The notes under the pieces: generated by a model
The model's database searches: none
Told to the model about the DNA's origin: nothing
What the model saw: only the letters and a program-made list of their open reading frames with translations
Source of the DNA: a virus
Taxonomy: Duplodnaviria > Caudoviricetes
Direction: 5' to 3' (one strand)
Length of the DNA stretch: 32,011 bases
IMG/VR virus record: IMGVR_UViG_3300025155_000130
Location: 1 to 32,011 of that record
Shown: in pieces, positions 1 to 9,313 of the stretch
Layout: every line of letters starts with the position of its first letter
Numbering within the stretch: position 1 is the first letter of the stretch
Position numbers and translations under genes: made by a program

Positions 1-1
1 A

Positions 2-763
2 GAATCATTTAATCTAAAAGATCCAACAATTACTATGTTAGGTGGTATTAATGAAGCTCATGCAGAAGCATTATTTGCTACAAAAGATTTACATGGTGGA
101 TTTATTGGTAGAAGTTTTATTATACATGAATCAAAAAGAAATGCTATTAATTCTCTAGTAAGTGAAACAGATTTAGAAATTGATACGCAAATAGATTATA
201 CAAAATACTCTGATTACCTACAAACTATTGCATTATTAAGGGGACCATTTAAGCCACTTACTAAACAAACTATATCAGGTAGATTCTTTGATGATTGGTA
301 TAATGATTTAGTTAAGAATATTGAAAAGAAAGAAATTAAAGATCCTACAGGTACCTTAAATCGCGCGTCAGAATCAGTTATTAAAATTTCTATGTTGTTA
401 TCATTAATTCGTGAACCAAACTTAGAAATAGGAATAAAGGATTTAGAAATAGCAATTAAGATGTATGAATCTTTAGTCGGTAATATGCGAAAGACTACTT
501 CTGCTCAAGGTGAAGCACGTTGGATGAGACAAAAAGCAGAAATAATGAATGAACTCCGAACGCGAGATAATCATATGATAAGTAGAATACAATTAAATAA
601 GAATTTTTGGACCTCAGCTAATAGTCAAGATTGGGATTTAATTATGGAATCTTTAAGAGATGGTGGATGGGTTACATTTGAAATGGTTGGGCCTAATTTG
701 ATGTATGTTATGCCTGAGGAAAGAGCAATTGAATTGAATGAGAGAATGAAAGGGAAGAATTAA
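2..763 (+). CDS. 5'-truncated DUF3987/YfjI-like protein (primase/helicase-associated replication protein), C-terminal part
   Basis: Frame is open from the window edge. DPTITMLGGIN...GGFIGRSFII resembles the DUF3987 core; C-terminus looks winged-helix-like. Confidence 0.55.
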   Translation, partial: ESFNLKDPTITMLGGINEAHAEALFATKDLHGGFIGRSFIIHESKRNAINSLVSETDLEIDTQIDYTKYSDYLQTIALLRGPFKPLTKQTISGRFFDDWYNDLVKNIEKKEIKDPTGTLNRASESVIKISMLLSLIREPNLEIGIKDLEIAIKMYESLVGNMRKTTSAQGEARWMRQKAEIMNELRTRDNHMISRIQLNKNFWTSANSQDWDLIMESLRDGGWVTFEMVGPNLMYVMPEERAIELNERMKGKN

Positions 764-765
764 TC

Positions 766-915
766 ATGGAAATCAATCTTGTAATTGACATGCTACTAAA
801 AATAAAAGAACAACATGGAAACATTCAAGTTTATTTTGATTGCCCAGAATGTAATAAATCATTTGTACCAAATAGAATTGTTCCTATAGCTAAAATGTCT
901 GAAATTAAAACTTAG
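766..915 (+). CDS. small hypothetical protein (49 aa, CPEC motif), not in ORF track
   Basis: Manual translation MEINLVIDMLLKIKEQHGNIQVYFDCPECNKSFVPNRIVPIAKMSEIKT*; fills the gap between the upstream CDS and the tRNA. Confidence 0.6.
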   Translation: MEINLVIDMLLKIKEQHGNIQVYFDCPECNKSFVPNRIVPIAKMSEIKT

Positions 916-923
916 AAATTAAT

Positions 924-1009
924 CCGGGGATGATGGAATAGCAGACATTACAGACTTAAAATCTGTTGGTAGAAATACCGTGTGGGTGCGAATCCCACTC
1001 CCCGGACCA
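924..1009 (+). tRNA. tRNA-Leu, anticodon UAA, encoded CCA end
   Basis: Acceptor stem CCGGGGA(924-930)/TCCCCGG(999-1005), discriminator A, CCA. Anticodon arm ACAGA-CT-TAA-AA-TCTGT. Long variable arm TGGT-AGAAAT-ACCG. T-arm GTGGG-TGCGAAT-CCCAC. Confidence 0.93.
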
Positions 1010-1018
1010 AATAATTTT

Positions 1019-1219
1019 ATGTATTACTATTGTTTAAAATGCAAAACTAGAGTTTCTGAAAAAGATATAATTATGGAACCTACCATGAATGGTGATTATA
1101 ATTATAAGCATATGCTTTATTATTTACAAAGTGGAAAGAAAGATTATGTTTTGCATCCAGCAAGGAAAGTTTTTGAAAAGGAAATAAAATGCCAATCGAA
1201 CTCTCAGAATTTCCAGTAA
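1019..1219 (+). CDS. small hypothetical protein, CxxC...H putative Zn-binding
   Basis: Track ORF 980..1219 re-started at ATG 1019 because the longer start lies inside the tRNA; begins MYYYCLKCK. Confidence 0.55.
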   Translation: MYYYCLKCKTRVSEKDIIMEPTMNGDYNYKHMLYYLQSGKKDYVLHPARKVFEKEIKCQSNSQNFQ

Positions 1220-1497
1220 AAGAAAAGAAACCAGATAGATATAATTCCCTATTTGATGGTAAAATATGGAAGGTTCATCCATCTGAATATGATTATGATG
1301 TTGAGGATATAAAAGCATTTATAGCCTCAATTAAAAATTCAGCAGCTAAACAAAAGATTTATTTGAAAACTTTTATAACTGCTGATGATCACGTAATACT
1401 TTCTAAGCAACCTGATGGATATATTCCTAGAAAAATTACTAGAAAGAAAAAGGAAAATGAATTGGTAATTGAACACATTGGAAAGGAAGATCTATAA
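1189..1497 (+). CDS. hypothetical protein (102 aa)
   Basis: AAGGA SD upstream; TAATG coupling to the next gene. Confidence 0.65.
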   Translation: MPIELSEFPVKEKKPDRYNSLFDGKIWKVHPSEYDYDVEDIKAFIASIKNSAAKQKIYLKTFITADDHVILSKQPDGYIPRKITRKKKENELVIEHIGKEDL

Positions 1498-3017
1498 TGC
1501 CTAAGACTTTATCAGGAATTTTTGCTGATGTGTGCTATGCTCCATTTCCCACAATTGTGATAATTGAAGATGACTACAAAACAGTCCATTATAAAAATCT
1601 TCTTACTGGAGATGTATTTCGCACTGTTTCTCTGCAATTTGATTCATTATTCTTGCGGACTGCCTCCAAAGTAACTGAGATTAGATGCGTAGCGCAGATA
1701 GCAATTAGTCAGCATGTAAATAAATTAGCAATTATTTATAATGATGGTCATATAGAAATTACTCAACACAATTGCTCAGGCCAAGAGGGATGTTATATTC
1801 AATGCTTAAATGATAAGTTTGAAATCTATTGCAAGATTGATAGTTGGAACTATATCATAATTTTAGAAGATGGAACATTTACTGATCCAATTCCTATTCC
1901 ATTTCCAGAAGGAACAGTTCAAGGAATAATTGATATTCTTCATGGTTGCCCCGGCTATGCAAATGGAACTATTTTTTGGGGTGAAGAAAGAACTAGAGAA
2001 GTAGGAGGATTGAAATTTGTATATCCAGTTTATAGAAATGGAGTTACTTTTGGTCAAGAGTATTCAAAGGTAGATAGATTAGTTGGTAATGATAATGTAA
2101 CTACACAAAACTTCCTCGCGCTTGATAATAAATTGGGTAAGTATCCTCATTTAGCAACCGATAGTTATCAATATTTATCCTGCTGGGCAGAATTAAATAA
2201 TGTTATTGGTTATGAATTCTATCCACCATTTCCTCCATATACACCTCCAATTGTAATTGATGATCCTGTTCCTACTGAACCTGAATCAGAAAAAGTAGAT
2301 ATTCCATACTTTGCAAAAGCAAATCATAACTTTGACTTAATGATTCCAGGTAGTCCATCTGATAAAAAGCGATTAACTTGGATAGGAGATTCTAATCCTA
2401 CTGAATCCAATGTAGTGGGACTATTCTTTACTTACTCACAAGAATCAATACCAGATGCAGTAGCTATTTGTAAAGCAATTAAGAAGCCATTATGCTTTTA
2501 TGTTGATGGTAATGATTTTGGTTCAAATCATGAATCTATTTGTAAAGATATTGAAACTGCTAATCAAATAGAAGTTTGGAGATCATGGAATTGCTATCCA
2601 AAGGATTCACAATACAATGAAAGTCCTCCTTATGATAGTTTATTAAGAATCCAAAATGATAACCTTTCTCGAACTACTGGTAAGGTAGCACCTTGGTTTG
2701 CATTTTATAGGCAGATTTATCAGGTGGTTCCTGAGCCAAAATTCACATTAAAACTATCTACTGTAGTTTCAGCTTTGGACCACTTATGGCAAATCTTTGC
2801 ACAGAATAATAGATGTGTAGGAATCAATGGATTTACCTATGATCGCGCGAATGGAAAAGATGGAGTTATTGCTTGGAAGGAATTACAAGAATGCGAAAGA
2901 TTAATGAGAGAAAATATTCCTCAAATTGTTATTGTTCCAATTCCTCCACCAGTAGTAATAACTAAGAAGAAATCATTTTGGGAAAAGTTGCTTGATTTGT
3001 TGAGAGGCAGGAAATAA
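1497..3017 (+). CDS. 506-aa multidomain hypothetical protein (beta-rich N-domain, Pro linker, alpha/beta C-domain, basic amphipathic tail)
   Basis: Long ORF with TAATG overlaps at both ends; Pro-rich linkers PPFPPYTPP and PIPPPVV; C-terminus KKKSFWEKLLDLLRGRK. Confidence 0.7.
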   Translation: MPKTLSGIFADVCYAPFPTIVIIEDDYKTVHYKNLLTGDVFRTVSLQFDSLFLRTASKVTEIRCVAQIAISQHVNKLAIIYNDGHIEITQHNCSGQEGCYIQCLNDKFEIYCKIDSWNYIIILEDGTFTDPIPIPFPEGTVQGIIDILHGCPGYANGTIFWGEERTREVGGLKFVYPVYRNGVTFGQEYSKVDRLVGNDNVTTQNFLALDNKLGKYPHLATDSYQYLSCWAELNNVIGYEFYPPFPPYTPPIVIDDPVPTEPESEKVDIPYFAKANHNFDLMIPGSPSDKKRLTWIGDSNPTESNVVGLFFTYSQESIPDAVAICKAIKKPLCFYVDGNDFGSNHESICKDIETANQIEVWRSWNCYPKDSQYNESPPYDSLLRIQNDNLSRTTGKVAPWFAFYRQIYQVVPEPKFTLKLSTVVSALDHLWQIFAQNNRCVGINGFTYDRANGKDGVIAWKELQECERLMRENIPQIVIVPIPPPVVITKKKSFWEKLLDLLRGRK

Positions 3018-3274
3018 TGTTACCAAAACAAGAAGCTCACTTACAATCTGTTAAAGATAGATTTACTAATCTAGTAGATTCCAAATATAGAAAAGGCCAA
3101 CAAGAACACGGAGGAGATTTAATAGATAAAAATATTGAAGACATTATTGATTTCTCTATAGAAGAAGCTATTGATATGGTAGTATATTTATTTACCATAA
3201 AAGAACAGTTAGAAAAAGCTAAATTAAAGAATCATATTAGTAACTTAGCAACTATTAGAGAGACTAAGATTTAA
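3017..3274 (+). CDS. MazG-like / all-alpha nucleotide pyrophosphohydrolase-fold protein
   Basis: KYRKGQQEHGGDL...IEEAIDMVVYL carries the EExxD motif typical of small phage MazG-like proteins. Confidence 0.5.
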   Translation: MLPKQEAHLQSVKDRFTNLVDSKYRKGQQEHGGDLIDKNIEDIIDFSIEEAIDMVVYLFTIKEQLEKAKLKNHISNLATIRETKI

Positions 3275-5577
3275 TAAATTTTCATCTCAGGTTGTTCTTT
3301 ACCAAATAATTTATGACCCTGACCTCTTTCATCATAAATTTGAGTACCCATACCAACAGAAGATGGAATTAATGCTGGTAATAAGGTAGGATCTTCTTGA
3401 ATTAAGTCAGATAAATCTTGTAAAATAATAGGGGTGAATAATTTCATAGTTCTATCAACAATATCAAAAGGCATATTCTTAGTAGCAAAAAATGGGTCAC
3501 TAACAAAACCTGGAGTTGGAGCTAACTTATTTCGTACAAATCTAATAATAGCTTCTCCACGCGTTTGTGATCCAAATTTCTCGCCATATTCACTTGTTTT
3601 ACCACTAGTAGATGATGTATAACCACCACCTAATGACTGTGGTCTAAGTCTACTCAATAAAACTAGATATTGCTGAAATCCAGCACCAGGATCTAATCTG
3701 GTATTACCAATTTTAACCTTACCAAAATCAGCACTATTAGAATCAGATGTAGCTTTACCACCAGCTAATTTCCCTAGCTGTTCCATAGTAAACCATGCAC
3801 TAGCCATAGAAATTATCGATTTTAAATATTGCTTACGAATAAATGCTGGCTTACTAATATAGTTTGCAGGATTCATCATTTGAACGCGCGAAGCAATAAA
3901 TCTAGGAGCAAATAATCCAGTATTTAATGCAACAGCATATTTTTCTAAACTACCTAAACTACCTCTACCAGATGCATTATTAATATATCCAGCAATATCT
4001 CTTGCAAAAGGAATATTAGTTCTTGGATTAAGCCTTTCAACTTGAGCTAATTCTACTGGAGTTTTAGCAATTAACTTTGTTGATTCATAGATTCTCTCGG
4101 TATCCTTAATTAAAGAATTAAAATTATCTGCCCTAAGTTTATTTGCAAATGCTGTATAAGCACGATTAGATGCTCGAATACCAGGAATCTTTTCAGCAAA
4201 AGTTGACATTATCTGTTCTTCGCGACTAGATAAGTCAGTTAAATCAGTTACTGCTAAACCAGCTTCTTCAGCAAAAGAAGGTCTAAATTCTCCATTTGGG
4301 GCTTTTCTTGGTTTAAAATTTGGATGTTCTACAATTGAATCAATAACTCCTCTATATGATTTCTCAGATCCATATGATCTTAACATATCATCCCAAGAAG
4401 TCCACCATCCTTTTGTATGTATTAATCCTAGTCCTTGTCTAAATGGAAAAGAAATATCATATGCAGCTTGAATAGCGCGCGGAAGATTTACTGATTCTTG
4501 AATTAAACTTCTTCTAATATCAATCTTTGGTAAATTTGTTTTAATATTAGCAATTGAATCTTTACCAAATACTGATTCAAGTAATTTAATTTCGCTATCT
4601 TGTGGTACTCTACCTTCAATAATCTTAACTAATCCTGATGTTGCTGATTCCTTTTGAAATCTCATTAATGTTGGAAATTCATTAATTGTATCAACTAATG
4701 AATCTACATCAATTTGGTCCAACTTTAGTGGTTCAGTACTAACTTTAGTATATTCACCTTTTAATTTACCAAGCCTCTGGTAATGACCGGCTAATCCTTT
4801 AGTAGTAACTGTTTCTGCTTCTCCTACGCGCTTAGCACGTTCAATAGAATAAATCTGTGCCTGAAGTTTATTTAATGGCTTGGCTTGTTGAGTTGCTTCA
4901 ACTAATCTATCAATTGGAGTTTTTTGATTAGGAACTTCTGGTATTTTTTCAATAGGAAGATTTTCTTGAATTGGTAAAGATTCAGGAATTACTTCTTGTT
5001 TATTCAAAGGCAAATCAAATTCAGTTTTTGGAATTTCTGCTACTGGTAATTTAGCTTTTGGCTTAATTCCCGCACCATATTTTAAACCTAATCCACCACC
5101 AATAGCCTCAGCACCACCTAATAATCTTTCTCCAATAGAGGAATCTGGTTTTAATAAATTATATCCACCTTCAGCTACTAATGGAGCAGAACCAACTTTA
5201 ACAGCAGTATTTAATCCTTTTGCCAAACCAGATAATCCCATTTTAGCAGCAGTACTAGCACCACCTGTTGCTAAAGTCATTCCAATATTTAATGGACTAG
5301 TTAATCCTGAAGATAAATCAGAACCAATACCACGAACTTTCTCTTGAAAATCTGGTAAGATATTTGATTTGGGAACAATAACATTTCCAATAGCGCGCAT
5401 GAATTCTGGTGAGATTAATCCCTTATTAAGATAATCCCATGCAGAACCAATAATTCCTTTTGATTCTTTTGGAGGAGTAATTTCTTTAGTTGGTTCTTCT
5501 AATCCAACAGGATTACCATTATCATCTAAATAAACTGGCTTTGATGGATTACCCTGTTCATCTAGATATTGCTGCAT
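3271..5577 (-). CDS. large internal virion / DNA ejection protein
   Basis: Last and largest gene of the late region. Likely start MQQYLDEQGNP at 5577 (TAATG overlap). N-terminal YLDxxGNP repeat, Gly/Ala-rich hydrophobic helices, helical body. Position matches P22 gp16 / T7 gp16. Confidence 0.65.
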   Translation of the reverse strand: MQQYLDEQGNPSKPVYLDDNGNPVGLEEPTKEITPPKESKGIIGSAWDYLNKGLISPEFMRAIGNVIVPKSNILPDFQEKVRGIGSDLSSGLTSPLNIGMTLATGGASTAAKMGLSGLAKGLNTAVKVGSAPLVAEGGYNLLKPDSSIGERLLGGAEAIGGGLGLKYGAGIKPKAKLPVAEIPKTEFDLPLNKQEVIPESLPIQENLPIEKIPEVPNQKTPIDRLVEATQQAKPLNKLQAQIYSIERAKRVGEAETVTTKGLAGHYQRLGKLKGEYTKVSTEPLKLDQIDVDSLVDTINEFPTLMRFQKESATSGLVKIIEGRVPQDSEIKLLESVFGKDSIANIKTNLPKIDIRRSLIQESVNLPRAIQAAYDISFPFRQGLGLIHTKGWWTSWDDMLRSYGSEKSYRGVIDSIVEHPNFKPRKAPNGEFRPSFAEEAGLAVTDLTDLSSREEQIMSTFAEKIPGIRASNRAYTAFANKLRADNFNSLIKDTERIYESTKLIAKTPVELAQVERLNPRTNIPFARDIAGYINNASGRGSLGSLEKYAVALNTGLFAPRFIASRVQMMNPANYISKPAFIRKQYLKSIISMASAWFTMEQLGKLAGGKATSDSNSADFGKVKIGNTRLDPGAGFQQYLVLLSRLRPQSLGGGYTSSTSGKTSEYGEKFGSQTRGEAIIRFVRNKLAPTPGFVSDPFFATKNMPFDIVDRTMKLFTPIILQDLSDLIQEDPTLLPALIPSSVGMGTQIYDERGQGHKLFGKEQPEMKIY

Positions 5578-6896
5578 TATTGAGCCACCCAACCTTTACC
5601 ATCCCAAACACCAATTTTACCATTTGGAAATGTTTTCTTATCTCCGACTTTATGAATATTAACATTTGATAAATTTGGATTAACTGTTACAGATTGATTT
5701 TGATTAGTTGGAGTAGTTGTTCTTGTAACCGTAGTAGCTGGAGGCTTAATTGATTGTAACAAATAGTTCCGAATTTCATCATAAGTTTTCTGATCTGGTC
5801 CTGTTGGTTTTCCACTCCACCAACTAGTTCCAGGTTTAACAATTTCAATATCACCAGTATTAGCATCAACAGTTACAAAATCAGCCCATTCAGGTTTATC
5901 AATCTTTAACTGCTTAACTCTATTTTCTAATGCTACTTTCTGTTGACTAGGTAACATACTTGTAGATGATGAACTACCTGATGGAGTAGCTTTTGTAGTT
6001 CTTGCTTGTTCTCCGCGCGCTATAATTTGCTTATCTTCAATTGCTCCGCGTTGATTGATTAAATCAGATTGAACATCTCCTGATGCTTCGATTCTTGTAA
6101 TAGCAGCATCTAGTTGCAGATTAATCTTATCTAAATCACTAAGCATACCAGATGCAATTCCAGTATCAATTTTCTTAGTTGGATCAATTGGATTAACAGC
6201 AAATACATTCCCACCGCGTTCAGTTACAAATTTCCATGTAGGATTATCTTGTTTGAATCTAAGAATCTCAGTTCTCTTTTGCTGATCTTCAAGTTTCCTG
6301 ATATTTATTAATTCTGTTTCTCTATTCCTTCTTTCTAATTCTTCTTGCCTTCTAATTGCCAATTCATTAGTTCTTGTATTCTGAGCAAACATTCTTTCTT
6401 GAGTATTAGCCAATCTTTCATTATCTGCTGCTTGTTGTGCAGGTGTAATTCTATCTTTCCAGGATTTCATTTTATCTTCATAACCTGGATACATTACACC
6501 ACCAAATGCTTGTTGCCCACCACCACTACCGAATGCATCAGCAAGAGTTCCAAGAGCAACAGCACTAATTTTACGACCTAATCCAGCTTTTGGCTTTTCA
6601 GGATATTCATTCATTAAAGCATTAAATCTTGCATTTGCTGAAGTTTCTGGTTGATACTCAAATTGATCCTCTGGCCTAAATTGTGGGGGCATTTCTGGTG
6701 CTTTAGATTCAGGATATGGTGCTAAACCATTAAAACTATTAATCAATTCTTCATTAGAAATTGGTTCTTGATCAATATTATATGGTCCACTTCTATTAGG
6801 ATCTAGGCCACCAAAATTCATATAGGAATCATCAGGTTGTGAATTATCAAACATATTCCTAATACGATTTCGATTAAAAAGAGAAGTAAAGTCCAT
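5577..6896 (-). CDS. internal virion / DNA ejection protein
   Basis: Low-complexity coiled-coil protein with an amphipathic segment (GLGRKISAVALGTLADAFG). C-terminal VGDKKTFPNGKIGVWDGKGW motif as often seen in podophage injection proteins. Confidence 0.6.
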   Translation of the reverse strand: MDFTSLFNRNRIRNMFDNSQPDDSYMNFGGLDPNRSGPYNIDQEPISNEELINSFNGLAPYPESKAPEMPPQFRPEDQFEYQPETSANARFNALMNEYPEKPKAGLGRKISAVALGTLADAFGSGGGQQAFGGVMYPGYEDKMKSWKDRITPAQQAADNERLANTQERMFAQNTRTNELAIRRQEELERRNRETELINIRKLEDQQKRTEILRFKQDNPTWKFVTERGGNVFAVNPIDPTKKIDTGIASGMLSDLDKINLQLDAAITRIEASGDVQSDLINQRGAIEDKQIIARGEQARTTKATPSGSSSSTSMLPSQQKVALENRVKQLKIDKPEWADFVTVDANTGDIEIVKPGTSWWSGKPTGPDQKTYDEIRNYLLQSIKPPATTVTRTTTPTNQNQSVTVNPNLSNVNIHKVGDKKTFPNGKIGVWDGKGWVAQ

Positions 6897-6898
6897 AA

Positions 6899-7816
6899 TT
6901 ACTTCACCTTTCCTTTAGCAGCAGCTAGAGTAACACCCATCACATCAGCTAAATGTAATGTTTTTCCATCTCCAACACCAAAGATTCTCTTAAAATCTTC
7001 AGCCATTGGTCCCATATGTTTTGTTTTGTTACCCTTATATTTCCAGTTATATAGATTTAATTTCTTTAATCCTGCTAAAGCTCTAGTTCTATCAAGGGGT
7101 TCAATATCTTCTTTTAATTCTTTACTAGATACTGCCATTCCAACATAAGGTGCAGCAGTTCCAGCTACTTTTAATGCTTTTTCCCACCAAGGTGTTCCTT
7201 TTTGATTTTTACTTTGCTCAATTCGTTGCTGATTACCACCTAGATATTGATCACCAAACATATCAGGCATTCCTGGAGTAGTTCCATAAAGATTAGCCAT
7301 ACCTCCTGCGCGATTAAAATCTATTCCAGAACTTGCATTTCCAGAATTTAATAATCCAGATAAGCCAGCCATCTTACCTTGCTGCATCCTTTCTTGAATC
7401 ATACCTTCAGCATTAACTGATGCATCTGATAAACCATAACCTAAATCTCTATTCATCTTAGATTGAGCAGCAGCAAAATTTGGACTAGCACCTCCTAATG
7501 ATCTGCTACGATTTAATTCTGATTGCGCTCTACCAAATACTGCTCTTGTTGGTGCTAATGCTCTAGCTCTTACTGCATCAGGATTAAATCCTCCAGTATC
7601 AGCCATTGACTGAAAACCACCAGCAGCACTATTAATATAACCTTGGCCTTGTTGACCAGCAGTTCTATACTGGTCCATAATATTACCATAATCTAGTTTA
7701 GCCCGGTCTACTGATTCATTATAATTCTTCTGTGTTTGATCAGTAAATTGATTAGTGCTAGTTTCAACTCTCTGTCTTTGAGCTTCTTTTGCACGACCAG
7801 CATCGCCTTTTGCCAT
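6899..7816 (-). CDS. ejection (pilot-like) protein with C-terminal peptidase S74 intramolecular chaperone domain
   Basis: G/A/Q/N-rich helical N-part. C-terminal SSKELKEDIEPL...LKKLNLYNWKYK...HMGPMAEDF..FGVG matches the S74 consensus SDxRLKxxI...GxxAQ. Confidence 0.75.
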   Translation of the reverse strand: MAKGDAGRAKEAQRQRVETSTNQFTDQTQKNYNESVDRAKLDYGNIMDQYRTAGQQGQGYINSAAGGFQSMADTGGFNPDAVRARALAPTRAVFGRAQSELNRSRSLGGASPNFAAAQSKMNRDLGYGLSDASVNAEGMIQERMQQGKMAGLSGLLNSGNASSGIDFNRAGGMANLYGTTPGMPDMFGDQYLGGNQQRIEQSKNQKGTPWWEKALKVAGTAAPYVGMAVSSKELKEDIEPLDRTRALAGLKKLNLYNWKYKGNKTKHMGPMAEDFKRIFGVGDGKTLHLADVMGVTLAAAKGKVK

Positions 7817-7818
7817 GA

Positions 7819-8199
7819 TTATAACTCCAAAACTAATGCATTACCTTTTGTTGATTTAAAACCATGCTTCTTTAATCTTCTTAACCAAGATTCATTTCCT
7901 TGCACAAAACAATGAAGTTGATCATAGCCTTCTACAGCAACCTGTAAACTTAATGCAGTTAATAATTTCTCTAATGCTTCATATCTATCTTGAAGATTAT
8001 AATTCATATTAGTAATTGCTACTGCTTCTACAATTAACTTATTTCCACCGAAAGTAATGATTTCCTTTTTACTATCCTCAACGATAAAAGTATTAAAAAA
8101 CTTACTAAAATCAGGAAACTCGAACTGGTCTTTAAAAAATTTATTATGAAGTTCCCTAATTTTTTCCAAATCATATTCTTTTGCAAGTCTGATATTCAT
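7819..8199 (-). CDS. GNAT-fold (acetyltransferase-like) protein
   Basis: MNIRLAKEYDLEKIRELH start and NESWLRRLKKHGFK end are GNAT hallmarks; syntenic with P22 gp14 / T7 gp13. Confidence 0.7.
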   Translation of the reverse strand: MNIRLAKEYDLEKIRELHNKFFKDQFEFPDFSKFFNTFIVEDSKKEIITFGGNKLIVEAVAITNMNYNLQDRYEALEKLLTALSLQVAVEGYDQLHCFVQGNESWLRRLKKHGFKSTKGNALVLEL

Positions 8200-8615
8200 G
8201 TTAAAAATGTATGATTACCAATTAATCGAGTCATTGTTAATTTCTTTGCCCATTGTACATTACCAGAAGAATAAAGTGCATTTGTTAAATAATGATCTGC
8301 TCCACGAGTATTATCAAGAATATGATCTTGAATAATTCCTTTTGCAACCCAAATAGCTTGATTAATAAATATGTTATCAATAGGTTCACCTAATTTCATC
8401 TTATCTCCAAACTCTTTTAATACTGGAAGATTTGGATCATCTTCATTCCAACAAGAAAATTGTTTTGGAGCTAAACAAATTTCTTCATAAGTTTTATTTC
8501 TTCGCGCTACACGATTTCTAATTACACATGCAACAGCAATCTGACCTTGAATTGGCTCACCGCGTGATTCACCATAAATAGTTAATGCTAATACTTCTGT
8601 AGCAGTTAAATCCAT
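8196..8615 (-). CDS. SleB / Hydrolase_2 family cell-wall hydrolase
   Basis: LALTIYGESRGE (catalytic Glu), AVACVIRNRV, QFSCWN, GADHY, IGNHTF. Confidence 0.9.
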   Translation of the reverse strand: MDLTATEVLALTIYGESRGEPIQGQIAVACVIRNRVARRNKTYEEICLAPKQFSCWNEDDPNLPVLKEFGDKMKLGEPIDNIFINQAIWVAKGIIQDHILDNTRGADHYLTNALYSSGNVQWAKKLTMTRLIGNHTFLT

Positions 8616-8618
8616 GAA

Positions 8619-9026
8619 TCACCATTGATAAAATAAACCATCTACTGGAGATTTGAAAACTCGATAAATTCCATAATCAGTATTAATAACTGGATTAACA
8701 ACGCCCTCAACAGTTCCAGTTAAAGTTATGTTATTTGCTAGTGCATTACCAGATATATCCTTGAAAATTACCATTTTAGGAGCAAATACATATAGAGCTA
8801 ATTCAAATGTAACTGGCGCGCTTGATGTATCTACTTCCCAAACTACAATTGCTCTTAGCGCGTCGAATTGAATTTGGATATTATTAAATGTTTCTATATC
8901 CAAGTCTTGTTTCTTTTTACCACCATCAATTATTCCAAGAATAGTTTGATAAGCAGCATTATTATCTTTCTGAAATTTACTCTTGACTAAAATTGCTTTT
9001 AGTTGAGCATAATTAACTAATGCCAT
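8619..9026 (-). CDS. putative tail needle/fibre-associated structural protein
   Basis: Helical N-half plus VDTSSAPVT...KDISGNALANNITL beta domain reminiscent of T4 gp9/gp10-like modules. Confidence 0.5.
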   Translation of the reverse strand: MALVNYAQLKAILVKSKFQKDNNAAYQTILGIIDGGKKKQDLDIETFNNIQIQFDALRAIVVWEVDTSSAPVTFELALYVFAPKMVIFKDISGNALANNITLTGTVEGVVNPVINTDYGIYRVFKSPVDGLFYQW

Positions 9027-9028
9027 AA

Positions 9029-9313
9029 CTAAGCCGGATAATCAGTATACATTTCCTTAACAAAAACTATAATTGAGTTAATTCTCATTACCTCATCAAT
9101 TTCATCTGTTGAGCCTTTTAATTTACCATATTGACTTATAAAGTTACTCAAACGCGTTTTTTCTCGCGAATCAGTTAAACTCATAGCAATTGGAACAAGA
9201 GTTTGGGTAAGAATATTATTATAACCTTGAAACTCCAAATCAAGATTTCCTGCACCAACTACTCTGATACGAGTAATACCAAAATGAATAATATTGCTTG
9301 AGCCCTGACCCAT
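9029..9313 (-). CDS. 94-aa protein resembling the C-terminal beta-sandwich of tail nozzle (P22 gp10 / T7 gp12-like) proteins
   Basis: Own GGAG SD and TAATG-coupled start; HFGITRIRVVGAGNL...NFISQYGKLK...RINSIIVF pattern. Confidence 0.5.
   Translation of the reverse strand: MGQGSSNIIHFGITRIRVVGAGNLDLEFQGYNNILTQTLVPIAMSLTDSREKTRLSNFISQYGKLKGSTDEIDEVMRINSIIVFVKEMYTDYPA

Noticed and set aside
980-1018. GTG start of track ORF 980..1219 (MWVRIPLPGP)
   Set aside because: This is a translation of the tRNA T-arm and acceptor stem; ATG 1019 is the plausible start.
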